64,000 bases of DNA from Callorhinchus milii (lineage: Eukaryota). Each line of letters opens with the position of its first letter. Position 1 is the stretch's first letter. Positions 51,629 through 64,000 of this stretch are shown here, piece after piece. A model generated the notes under the pieces. That model was not told where the DNA came from. It made no database searches and saw only the letters and a list, made by a program, of their open reading frames with translations. Where the stretch lies: the NCBI RefSeq assembly GCF_018977255.1, contig NW_024704743.1:23996001-24060000 (forward strand), written 5' to 3'. Made by a program: the position numbers and the translations under genes.

Positions 51629-52402
51629 CCAGCCAGTGAGTAATACCATGAAAATTTAAAAAGTCCAGTCATTGCAAAGAATTATCATTAAAAATAGGTT
51701 AGGGAGATAAGTGTGAGCTCTTTTGTTTTATAGATAAATAAGTCTTCTTTCTGGTTGTGTCTTTCTTCAAAGAGCTGAGAAGTGATAGGGGCAGATGTGT
51801 GTCTTGTGTGATCCTGGCACAAGCTCCTTTCTTCTCCAGCTTTGAATGATTTAGACCTGATGAAGGTAGAGTTCCATATTATCAGACCATGGGTATTTTA
51901 GTGCTTCTCAATGCAGCATCCTAATTCAAGGCAGAGAACTGAAAGGTAAAAATAACCGAGAGCCCAAGGTCAGAAATTAATACAGTTAATTAAGAGGAAA
52001 ACGGCAGAACACTTTATGATTTAATGAGAGAGTTGCAGGTTCTCCAAGTGTAGAATGAGAAGACATGTAAGGGTCAGTATTTACATACTTTAACTTTGAA
52101 AATGAAATGGAAAGCATTCACAAGTCCTTGGGAGAAAGTGCCCAAAGGACTAACTGCTGCCCCTTCTAGTAGTAACTATTGCAGAGGCAGTGGAAATGTA
52201 CTGAAATTGAGCATGATCTGAATACATTATTCAATGAAGAATAGAAACCAGGGATTCGTTTTTCTTGATATTAAGATAATGGTGGCTCAGGTATTGAATT
52301 TTTTTTAAAAAAAGAATAATGAACTAGCTGAACTTGATCAAACACTAGGCAGCATGTTATACTCAAAATCCCAACATAGTTTTCAAAATATTCAGGCATT
52401 TT

Positions 52403-52700
52403 ATTAATAAATAATAAATCTTTGCATTTGATAAGCGCCTTTCACATCAGAAAGACATCTCAAAGTACTATAATATTTGTAAAGTGCAGTGAATGTATTT
52501 TGTAGATGAAAGCAGCAGCCAATTTGCACACAGCAATGTCCCACAGATATCTGTGAATGAATGACTAATTTTACCTGAGGGTATTTTGTTAAAGACACCA
52601 AGAGAAATTCCCTTTACTTTTCAAATAGTGTCATGGGATCTTTAACATCCACTTAGACAGCGGATGAGACCTCAGACTAACATCTTATGCAAAGGACGGA
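52403..52700 (-). mobile_element. Old Deu-domain-type SINE remnant
   Basis: catgggatctttaacatccac; gcagccaatttgcacacagcaatgtcccaca. Confidence 0.7.
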
Positions 52701-55700
52701 ATCTCTAATTAGAACTAGAGTGGCACATGGAATAAGCTGATCCTGGAACATTGAAAAATTATCCAGGTCTACTCTCGTCTAGAATGTTTTTTTGATCAAT
52801 CAAATACACTGGAAAATGGCTCAGTGTATAAATCCTCTATGGTTAGGTGCATAAATAAACTAATAAAGGTATTCAGTAATTATATTGGTCTGTTTCTGGA
52901 TAAAATTGCAATATTGCTCCTCCCCTAACTTACTAGGATACACAGAACAGTGACAATAAAGGGATGCTCTCCTGCCCACTATTGTATTGCAGCTCCTATG
53001 GAAGGGATTGGAACTCAGATTAAGACATTGGTGGTAATGCGGCACCTTTTCTTTTCATGCACTTATTCGAAAGGTTAGGAAGGTATTCGGATTGTATGTT
53101 ACACTCACATTGATCCTGACAATCTGTCCTTGTATCTACCTTTTTTGGTTTGTTGTTCATACACAATTCAGCCTCTATTGAAGAAAAGCTGGTATACTTC
53201 CTCGAGGGGTATCATTCATTCAATGATGTTGGAATCTAGCCCAGATTAATTGTCTGAAAGATTATGTTGGTGGTAAGGATCCTATGTGAAATGATCTCTC
53301 GTGGACGCAAGTCCTTTGCATAAAATGTATTTCAACAGTGAATATTCAACGTCGGAGAAAGTGATTTGTGGTTTAGAGGACGTTGCACGGGGCCTCTTGT
53401 TGCTGGAACTATCGCACGTTATTAAGAAAGATTAGGTGTATCCAAACTTGTGCTTTATCCAGGAGCCCAAAATGTTGCATTTCTCAGCAATAAGTTTTCA
53501 GTACAACCGTCATCCAAAAAGTGGTTAAAAGTTCTGCGGTTTTATTCCAGTGACAAAGCACTGCAAAGATTGTGATCACATCACTGCCTAGCATTGATCT
53601 GATTGTACAGGTAGATTTTGATGTAAACAATAATAAAAACACTTGACACTGAATTTTTAAATTCAAAGGACATTCATCTGCCATTGGAAGGAAAAATCTT
53701 GTGAGCTTTCTGCTTCATTTAAGTTAGTAATAAATTGACTAGTGCAGGCATTAAAGTGTGTTATTTAATTAAACGCTTGTTCCACCACACTACCCATGCA
53801 AGTTTCGCTCATGTGAGAAGTAAATCCATTAGCTTTTAATGCAGTCCTATAAGATCAATATTTAAGTGTGTGTAGAATTTTTACATTTATTTACAGTTAC
53901 TATATTTAAATTGTAAATCAGGACAATTTCTCTCCCCCTTCCAGCCATCAGATCTGCACAGCCTCTTTACCACAGCAGCGCTGTGTGAAAACAGTTGATG
54001 CTGACACCATTCAGACACGTTCCAGTGGGGTTGAGATTTGCACAAAGTGTGTTACAGTGTATCCAGCTCCTTGGGAGACACTTCAGAACTGTCTTGATAG
54101 TTCAAAATTCATAAACTTGTGCGTTTAATATAGCACATCTCAGAAACTTTCAGTAGCAAATGTGTATTTGTAGGCAAAAGTGGCAGCCAATTTACCTGCA
54201 TCAATGCCCCACCAACAGCAACTTGTATTTATGTAGTGCTCTTCACGTAGGATATTGTCTCAGAGTACTTTACTGACTGGGTTAGACACCAAGCTGGGGA
54301 GAAGGGTAGGGATAGACTAAAAAGGTTTTAAGGTGACACTGAAGACGGGTAGAAGGGGAAGGAGCGATAGACCGAGCTTGCCAGATGTTAGGGACATAAA
54401 AGCCTGAAAGTTCGGTCATTGTTAGTGGTTTGTAGAGGGCAGGGAAGCCATCAAGCTTCAGTTAGCTGAGCGGAGGGGCGAGCATGAGAGGTAGGAGAAG
54501 TTTAGAGTCCAGGAGAAGTGCTCTCTTAATCAAAGTAAATAATAAAAATTGAAGCTTTAGACTCGTGAAGATTTCAATGGTTTACTAAATACGGCCAAAC
54601 CCTTATCCAACCCTGATCTTTCGCTACCTCCTGCCTGGACTTTTCAAATGCAATGCTTACTGGTCTCCCTTCCTCCACCATCCATAAAAGTCTACTTATC
54701 CAAATCTCCATTGCCCGCATCCTCACCCACACCAAGCTCTGCATGTTCATCACCCAGTCCTAGTCTGATTCCGCAGTGGATTGATCAAGTTTCAAAATTC
54801 TCACCTTCACCTATAAATCCCTTCACTCCCTAATATCTCGCTGTCTCTGATCTCCTCCTAATCCAACTGCTGCTTGGCAAACTCAAGCTTACTACACAAA
54901 TACTTTGCCTGCACAAAGATGCATTCATCTGTAATTTTTTTAAATGGATTTGTTCCCTTGACAAAATTCACTTTGTAAAATCTGTGTTTTATAATTGTTT
55001 TTTGTAAACATGTCTCCTGGTTAAAAGCTGCAGTTTATTTTTGAAAGCTGATTTAAAGAGAAGCCAGCATTTAAATGTGGCTAAGGCCGGATTTCTTTTT
55101 TCGGGAGCACTCATTAACATAAGTGTTTGGGAAAATTGCAGAAAAGAATACCTCAAGAGCCAGAAATTGTGTGTTTTTCAATTGGCCACTAAATGAAACT
55201 CAAATTGTGTATTTTAAAATCTTCAAAGGTAAGCGCTAATTTTGGCTCCAAACTCACTTACTTTAACGAGTACCAGTAAAGCTGCAGACAACATTTGGGC
55301 AGTCAGACAGCTTTAAACACATACAGCACAGACCTAAACCCTTTGTTCCTGTTTAATAGAGATTGAGCATTTTAAATGGAGATCGAGTTTTTCAGTTTAT
55401 TGGCAAAGAGTGAGAGGTGAGAAAGTACAAGTGTAGGGATGTTCCTATCCAACATTTCTTCTCTTTCTCTCCCACCCCCTCCCTGAATAATTTTCGATCA
55501 GGTCTAATGCATGTTTTAATGGTAATAATTTTTACTAGAAAATGTTACCATAAGTATTGAACTAATAAGCACTAATAGTGTTGTCACTGTTCGCCCACAA
55601 TATATAGTCAATTCACTTTACAGTCTATTCTGTGAAGCGCTTTGAGATGTCTTGAAGACGTGATAAGCAATTACTATGTTGCTGTAACTCCACAAGGTTG

Positions 55701-57389
55701 TCGTGTTCTGACAAAATCACCTTTGTATAATTATTCCCCTTCCCTTGTCTCTAAAACAGGAACAATATAAAAGGGTACAGAGAAAGAGCAGGGAATTACA
55801 AATAGACTCAACAGGAAGAGCCATCAGCAGCATTGCCTTTGATGGGCTATATTTTGTCTGATTCTGTGGAGTCTTGTTAAAAGCCAACGGACAGAGCATC
55901 TTCACCATTAGGTAAGATCGTGAAAATATAAATCACATGAGTTAGAGCAGGGAAGTGGATTAAAAACTAAGGGGGTGATAAATGGCTTGGCAATAAATGT
56001 ACCATATTTGCAGTTTTAATGGTATTTTCTCCATAATGAGGACATATTACAGCTCACTAAGAATCTTTTCTCTTATAAGGTGATCTCTGTGACCTTTAAC
56101 TCCCTTAAGGCCAAGTCTTACTCATTTTAATAAAAAGATTTTAATTTTTTTAAAATTTATAAACTTAATTTGGATTCAGTAAACTAACAGTTCCCTTTTA
56201 CTGCTTTGTTCATTCTTAATCTAATTGGAAAATACAAAAAGTGTACTAAATCTGAAATACAGATATCTTTCGTATTTGTTTTGTGTTCGCTGCAATATTT
56301 CACTCCAGCTCTCAGACCGAAGCCGTGTTCTGATTCCCTTCAGTGGATAGAAACATAACTTAAAATTCTTATTTATTTTTGTTGACTTAACTCTTAACTA
56401 AATAACCTCATTATGAATCACTTTCACTTTTCCTTTTGCCATTTGGAAGTTTTTGTTTGAAATAACATCGCAACTAAGTAACCAACAGTGCTTCATTCTG
56501 TTAGTGGTATCATTGAATTACTGCACCCCTTAATTAGATTTCATCTTTATTACCATTTGGATTTACGTTCATACACTGAACCCTATTAGGATTTTAGGTC
56601 CAGGTTCTTTAACTCTCCTTTAAAAACTGACCTATTGCTACTAAGCAAAATAATTGGTGTTTCACTGTCATCATCATTACCCAATGTGGGTTTTTTTCAC
56701 TTTTAAGGTTTGAAGCATTGGGTTGGGTGCACGTAAAGCTCACCATTGCTCATGTTTCTGAATATTGTTTAATATTTTAATGACTTGCATTAATAAAGAA
56801 AAATTACAGGAATGAATGTAATGTAGCCCTGAATGACACGCATGTTGAATTCTACCATGTAGTAGGAACTCGGTTAACCCCCAATGTTTGGAGGTACCGG
56901 AAACACAAGACGTATTTAATTCCCATCCACCTACAATTATAAAAGCTTAAACCCTGCCCTGTAACAAATGTTCCGCAAACAGTGCCTTCTCCCACATCAG
57001 ACTCTATAAACGAGTGCTCTGTTGCAATGTTTCAGAACGAGGGCTGTGTTTCAATGCTGTAGTCTGTAATTCTACATAAGGTGGTGCTTTTTGAAGCTGG
57101 GTTTGAATCCAGGCAACAATTGGTAAATATCTGTACAATCTAGACATGGTCTGTGAAGCTCTTTGAACTTCTATACCAAATGCAAGGATTATTATTGTAA
57201 GGTTCCTATTCGAAAACAATTTCTCATGGGTGCAAGTTTGGTGCAAAACTTGTGAGGATTTGTTACAAATTATCACCAATCCCATTTAAAGTATGTATGA
57301 ATGGAAAACGTACACTTTGGTGAGGTTAGATTTTTAGAGTTAAAGTATTTTGTGCCAGAGAAGAGGGAGCTTTAATCCACAGGTATCCT

Positions 57390-57815
57390 TTACTCTCTGA
57401 CCTACTATCCCCCTACCTACCTGCCCGTACCCTCCGTTCCTCCAGCTCCGGTCTGCTCCACGTCCCCCGCCCCAATCGCCCTACCATCGGTGGTCGGGCC
57501 TTCAGCCTCTCAGCCCCGAGGCTCTGGAACTCCATCCCCCAGTGCCTTCACCGCCTCCTCCCTCTCCTCCTTCAAGGCCGGTCTCAAAACCTTTCTCTTT
57601 GACCGAGCCTTCAGCTCCCCTCTCGACTCTCTTCCCCCTCCTCGCTCCTTCCCTTCCCTCACCCTGACCATTTCCCCCCTCCTCGCTCCCTCCCTTCCCT
57701 CCCCTCACCCTGACCATTTCCCCCTGCTCGGGTCCTGACCCAACTGTGCAGCGCCTTGGGACGTCCTCCTGACATGAAAGGCGCTTTATAAATGGAATCT
57801 TGTTGTTGTTGTTGT
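57390..57815 (+). mobile_element. L2 LINE 3' fragment
   Basis: SLSSFKAGLKTFLFDRAF; stem-loop and (TTG)n. Confidence 0.9.
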
Positions 57816-59009
57816 ATATGCCTGACATTGGAATTGTTAAAGTTAACATTGGATGCCTGAATTGAAGTGATCTGTTTTATTGCACTGAGATCCTTAGCCT
57901 GATTACAGAAGAAATCATAATAAATAAGTGACTTGAGGTTTCAAAAGAAGGATGTCATTATGAAAAAAAATTGTTTAATGGTATTTGTCCTTGCAGTATT
58001 GTTCCAGAAATTGTCAGGTTTGTAGTGTAGTACTGTACAATCTCCAGTCCTCACATAGAATTGCATAGATTGAGCTTCAGTTAGGGAGTAGGATCATCAA
58101 TTAGGGAAATTCTACCTAGTCTTAGCCTGTAAGAAATGTCAGTTTCTTTTTTCAATTTGTAAGCCATTTTTCTGTAGTTCTGAAGAAGCCTTTTTTGTGT
58201 ATTTGGCCAACAATACACATAATCACTGTACTCTGCAGTAAATTCTGTGAAGCACTTTGAGACATTTCAACTGTGTGATAAGGTGCTACATCAAATACCA
58301 GGATCATTGTTATTAATAAGAAGAACTGGCTTCTAAATTAATGAATTAAAGATTTTTCCAAAATTTTGCGTCTCCAAATTTTACGGGAAAATGGTTTTCC
58401 CGGCTAAGAATGTTGTGTTTCTGGAATTGCATCCTATAATATTTCCTACTACGTCCCCGCCCCCCCCACCCCATCTCCCAAATAAGTACAATAGTATAAT
58501 AAGTTACTGGGCTCTGGTTATCTTGACTCATTATCCTGTAAGAGATGTGTTTAGTACTGAGAAATAATCACTCATAATAATCATCTTTTTGCAGAGCAAA
58601 CACCAGCTTGCTTCAGGACAATTTGTGGGACACTGCTGTGTGTAATTGGCTGCCTTACAGGGAGGGAGTAGTAGGAAACTTTTTTTTTGTACCTTTTGTG
58701 CTGTCACTCCAGATTAAACTAGGTTTGGACCTGGTTTGTATGGCTATGCTACTCACCAAAAGAACGATAATAGTTGAGCTGCTGAGGCAGTTTAGCAATT
58801 ATATTTCCGAGGAGCACTGTAGAATGTAATGAATAATGCACCATTCAGGCGCACTGGTGACCTTTCCTGTGCTTATAATGGAGTTTCACATTATAAGTAT
58901 AGAATATGAAGTTTGCTTGCACTAGTGATCAGCATGGTATTTACTCGTATCTCTCCATTCGTAGCCATGTTGCTTAGGGCATCTTTCTTTTAACAGAATC
59001 CATTCAGTG

Positions 59010-59620
59010 TACACAACAACACCAACTTGGTGTTGTGTCCCAGAGCGCTTGACAGTGTCGGAGTCGTGACAGCGAGCCAGGGCTAGAGGGAAGGAGATGT
59101 CCATAAGTATGAACAAAAAGGAAGGTCTTTAGGCGAGGTTTGAAAGTAGGGAGGGAGCAAAGCGGAGGGATTGAAGGAGAGAGCTTTGGGCGTAGTGGCT
59201 GAAGACATGGCCACAGATGGTGGAGCGGACGGGGTGAGGGACAAACAGGAGGGTGACGCTAGCCGAGTGGAGGCAGAGGGTAGTGGAGTGGGGATTAAGC
59301 CGACCAGATAGGTAGGGAGGGATTTGAAAACGAGTGAGAAAATCTTGAAATTGATAATTGGGAGCCAGTGGAGCCTGGCAAGGGACTAGTGTGATGGGGG
59401 TACAGAGTTTTGTGTGGGTGAGTATCCGGGCGGCGGAGTTTTGAATTCATTGGATTTTGTGTATGGTGGAGCTGGGGAGACCAGTGAGGAGGGCATTAGA
59501 ATAGTCCAACCAGGAAGTGATGAAGGCGTGGGCGAAAGTTTTGGCTACGTTGGTTGTGAGATCTGGGTGGAGGCTGGCAATGTGACGGAGGTGGGAGAAA
59601 ATGTGGTCCTAGTCAGGGAA
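59010..59620 (-). mobile_element. Older L2 3' fragment
   Basis: gagccagtggagcctggcaagg, ggcggagttttgaat, gagggcattagaatagtcca. Confidence 0.8.
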
Positions 59621-60606
59621 CAGACACAAAGTATTACTGTGCATGAGTAGCACAATATTTTGTAAATATTATTTATAAAGCACAATAAATCCTTGCATTT
59701 CTATTGCCTTTCACGTTTAGCAGACATATCAAAGAGCTTCACAGGCATTACTGTGAAATGGATTGACTGCATTTGCAGGCAAACAGCACCCCAATTACAC
59801 ACGGCAATGTCCCACAAACAGCCGTGAAACAAATGAACAATCGGCAGGATGTAGAATTTTATTCGGTTGTGGCATGGACCTAAATGTGGACCAGTTTCAA
59901 AATGCAAAAGCATGAGAATACTATCAAAACTTTCATTTAATTCAATATTGTAATGTCTCAAGCAGGAGGATTTCCCCCCCCCCCCCAACCCCCCCAGCTT
60001 TACCAATGCACGCATGGCTGCAACAATAAATTGAGCTGCAAGTAGGGATGTGTGCAGTGCTCTTTGCAAATTAAAATATTTTTAATTAAAGGTTGCAACA
60101 GTGACTATAAATGAGTTGCAGATTTGCTGGATTAGTGTATCTCCTCTGAGCTAGAGCTGCCGGTGAAGCAGCAGTAGACTGATAATTGCCAATTGACATT
60201 CACTTTACGAAAGCATTGCAGTTGTAAAATCCTACCTGTTAAAACAAATCAAAAGGGAGCTTCTTTGTCCAAACTCTTATTTTTGAGTTCAAAAGATGAG
60301 ATAATAATAATAATAATCCTTGCATTTGATATAACGCCTTATCACGTCTTCGAAACTTTGCAAAGAGCTTCATAGAATATACTGTAAAATAAATTGACTG
60401 TATATTTTGTGGGCGACTAAACATTGAAAAATAGATTTTTTAAATATAAAGAAACCTCACAGAGGTTTTTGCTTAGAAATAAACTGCTCTGTAGATTTGA
60501 TTCAGCCTTACAGCATTTAAAGAATTCATTCATCCTTGGCTCATAGAATTGATTCCACTTTAAAGGCTATATTATTTGCTAATCAATTTGTCAATTAATC
60601 TGTATA

Positions 60607-60630
60607 TGTGTGCGTGTGTGTGTGTGTGTG
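60607..60630. repeat. (GT)n microsatellite
   Basis: tgtgtgcgtgtgtgtgtgtgtgtg. Confidence 0.9.
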
Positions 60631-61339
60631 TTTTTAATGAATTTCAAGTTCCAGCAACCAGTGGTTTGTGTGGTGGAGCTGATGCAGGGAGTTTCTGAAT
60701 AAATTACTGCAATCAGTAGTGTGTTTTCTTTCTCCCCCCAAAAAATCATGAAGACGATCATAAAAAACCAATTAAAGATTTTAAATGGGCACAATGTACA
60801 GCTGTTCTCAGGCAGATGGTGTTCTCGGGCAAATGAAATGATATTGAAATGCAGGTCACAGAAATCATTTTCGATGCTGAAGGCATACAGCTGCGAAACC
60901 GTAGCTATACCAGCCAATTGGTTTTGTAATTGAATATCCCACACTACAGCGAGGTCTTAACTGTTGCATCAGAATTCAGATGGACCACAGACACCTGGAA
61001 TAAGTACAATAGTATAAGTTACTAGGCTCCGGTTATCCTGACTCATTATCCTGTAAGAGATGTGTTTAGTACTAGATAAATAATCACCCAAAATAATCAT
61101 AACTTTGCAGAGCAAACACCAGCTTGCTTCATTTCTGTTTGTGGGACATTGCTGTGTGTAATTGGCTGCTGTGTTTTGCCTACAATGTATACAGTCACTA
61201 CACTTTACAGTATATTCTGTGAAACGCTTTGAGATGTCTCGAAGACGTGATTAGATGCTAGATCAACTGCAAGTATTATTATTATTATGTCCCCCCATCC
61301 TATCTGCTCCACCAATGCTATTTTGGCCCCCAAAATAGA

Positions 61340-61653
61340 CCTGTAGCTCAGTGGTTAGAGCACTCGCCTTGCAAGCAAGACACCTGAGTTCAATTCCAGG
61401 CAGGTCAGGGCGAAACCTTGGGCAAGTTTCCTTACTCCACACAGAGCCTAATAATAATCCCTCCAAAACCAAAAACAATAATAAATTGGTCATTTTCAAT
61501 CTACGACTGTTTGTGGGACATTGCTATGCGCAATTGGCTGCCGCGTTCGCCCACAAATATACAGTCAATTCACTTTACAGTGTGTTCTGTGAAGTGCTTT
61601 GGGACGTCCTCCCGACGTGTGAAGCGCTATATCAAATGCAAGGATTATTATTA
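61340..61653 (+). mobile_element. Near full-length young tRNA-derived SINE
   Basis: A/B boxes, body, tail. Confidence 0.92.
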
Positions 61654-62429
61654 TCTCTGGAGTTCCATTCCTGGAGTCCATTTGACCACGTTTTCATATC
61701 TTTTCCCCTCCCCAACCCACCTCCCTCGGCTCCCATCCATAGTTTAGGTGCCCAGATGACAGTGTTGAGATGTCCTTCCAACATGAAAAAGGTGCTGTGT
61801 AAATGTTGTTATGTTCTGGAAGGAAAACACTAAATATTGCTTAACGCGGCCCATGGCAGCTAACAGTTGGATCATCCTGATCTAACTCATTCAATGTGGA
61901 ATATTGAGAAACTTAAACATTAAAGTTTAAAAGTCCATGTCGGTGTGCGTTTTTTGTTGGACCATGGGGTACGATAGAATCTAAATAAGATTTGGTGCTT
62001 ATTAAGTGGATTAAGTTAAATTCTATACTGTTAAATTAAATCTCATAGTGTTGCAGTGATGACTTGTTTATACCATATGGCACTTTTTGCAATGATTTGA
62101 CTCAGTGTTTTGATCCAGTTGACTCAGGAGGATAAGTCAGCCCAAGGTTCCTACTCCTGATCACTCATGAACCTGCTGAAATGTGCACAAGAACAATAAT
62201 AGAAGTAAAGGATGTACAGTGGAATCTTATTAAAATGGAGTAGCCAGATCCCAAAAATCACTTCCGGCTGTACAGCTTTGTGTCCAGCAATTCGGTTATT
62301 TTAGTGCGATAGTCGGCCAGGGTCCAGAAAGCAAGCCGCTGTACGTATATGCAGAGAATATGGATCCACAGTGCAACTGGGTTATAACTGAATTTACAGC
62401 ATAAAGAATCAGGTTTAAAACAGGGCTGT

Positions 62430-62750
62430 ATTGTAACCATGAGGAGAATCGAGAGGTTTGGAGTCTTCCCACTGTAGCAGCGAAGGTTGAGGATGATGTG
62501 TTTATATAATGAAAAGGTTTGAGAAAATTTATCGTGAAAAACTGCTGGAAGGGTATTTGAGGACAAGAAGGTATGAATTGTGACTAAGGGAGTAAAAGGA
62601 GAGGTTTAGAAGAACCTCTTCATCCAGAGGGTTGTCAGGGAATGGAATGATCTGCTATTGGTGTGCGTCAGAGCAGAGTCGATTTAGGTATTTTAAAGAA
62701 TTGGACAAGCAAGTGCAGAAAAATAGTATTTGAGGATATGGGGAAAGAAC
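62430..62750 (+). mobile_element. Degenerate CR1 3' fragment
   Basis: ttggagtcttcccactgtagcagcgaaggttgagga...ctcttcatccagagggttgtcagggaatggaatgatctgc. Confidence 0.6.
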
Positions 62751-63469
62751 ATTGGGATCCCTGACATCCACCAGAAAATGGAAACGGGAGACCTTGGTTT
62801 AATATGTTATCTAAAGGATGCACTTTCACTAAGACGGCACTCTCTCAGGACTTTCCTGGAGTGTCACCCTAGGGCCTAGGCTATGGGGGCTAAAGAGAAC
62901 TTATTGGGAAAATGTCAGTGTACTTGGCATCTTGACTTTGTAAAAGGTCATGAGGTTGTAAAAGAAGGAAAGGAGGAAGTAACGGAATAAAAAGAGTTTC
63001 TCCTGCTGGTATCACACGTGCGTCCTGTCCACTATGTGATGTTTTTGCAGGTCAGTGTGATGTACTTGGGGTTTCCTGAAAGAGGTGCTTTTTACGCTGC
63101 TGTTCTCCTGATGAGTGGTGTTAAAACCCCTATCAGCTCAAGTTCTGTTTTGTGCCTTCAAATAATAATCTTCTGACACAGAGCCCTGAGGTGGCTTTCC
63201 AGAATAAGATGCCAAGGAAGCTATTCCTCTGGCCCTGCTAGCAATCTGAGGGCTAATGTACCAGATTTGATTCCATGCAGCAAGTTCTCAGCAAGTTACA
63301 TTAAGAATAATTTACTGGCAAATAAAGACGATGGTACCCGCGCCCTCCGCCCACCCCCCCACTGCTCAGCTCAAGATCATTTTAGACTTTTACATTGTTC
63401 TATGTTCGCCTAAAAATGCAGACTCGCTACACTTTACAATATCCTGTATATTGTATATGACCTTCTCAT

Positions 63470-64000
63470 AATGCGAAAGGCCTTCTCTCACCTCCATAAC
63501 ATCGCCCGACTCTGCCACTACCTCACCCCTCAGGCCGCTAAACTCTTGTTCGTGCCTTCATCACCTCCAGGCTCGACTATGCAAACGCTCTGCTTGTCGG
63601 CCTTCCCAACTCCTCCCTCCACAGGCTGCAGATAATCCAGAACTCTGCAGCCCGTGTCCTCTCCCGCAACAAGCTTCGTGACCCCATCTTCCCCACTCTC
63701 GCCCAACTCCATTGGCTCCCTATCCTTCAGAGGATCCAGTTCAAGATCCTAGTTCTCACCTGCAAAGCTCTCCTTGGCCTCGCCCCACTCTACGTCTGTG
63801 ACCTCCTAACTCACTACCAACCCGCCTGTTCCCTCTGCTCAGCCGGCTCTGGCCTGCTCCACGTCCCCCAACCCACCCGCCCCACCATTGGTGAGAAAGC
63901 CTTCAGCCACTCAGCCCCCAACCTCTGGAATTCCATCTCCCAATCACTCCGCCTCGTCCCCTCCTTAGTCTCCTTCAAATCCCGCCTCAAAACCCTCCTC
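63470..64000 (+). mobile_element. L2 LINE fragment running off the window end
   Basis: acctccaggctcgactatgcaaac, atccagaactctgcagcccg, ctccattggctccctatc. Confidence 0.9.

Noticed and set aside
61351..61833. Recurring ORFs such as VRALALQARHL / HCCAQLAA / [11 protein letters not shown]
   Set aside because: Chance reading frames of the SINE consensus
49647..64000. DAP exons 3 and 4
   Set aside because: No spliceable PPKP...ISG or GDKDF match found; probably downstream of the window, though a 43-nt exon could be missed by eye

Overview
Vertebrate nuclear DNA, very probably from a cartilaginous fish (chimaera/shark-type L2 LINEs, CR1 LINE ends and tRNA-derived SINEs; species is inference). Two protein-coding genes lie in tandem on the + strand. 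First are the last four coding exons and 3' UTR of CTNND2 (delta-catenin; ends YPASPDSWV* at 28821). Second are the CpG-island promoter and first two coding exons of DAP (death-associated protein 1; MSSPPGDKVEVKGGHLPA/VKAGGMRIVKKH...). Neither gene is visible in the ORF track as an intact ORF; I read both from splice sites and translation. The rest is intronic or intergenic DNA dense in L2/CR1 fragments, a young tRNA-Ala-like SINE with at least three subfamilies, and older Deu-domain-type SINEs. I found no evidence of a new protein-coding system. The most interesting unexplained structures are a 34-bp palindromic element duplicated on both sides of a frame-shifting CTNND2 exon, a 1.1-kb C-rich minisatellite in DAP intron 1, a dense bZIP (CRE/UPRE) cluster in the DAP promoter, and clustered RBFOX and miRNA sites in the CTNND2 3' UTR. 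Comparisons with human proteins and repeat consensi are from memory, not from searches.
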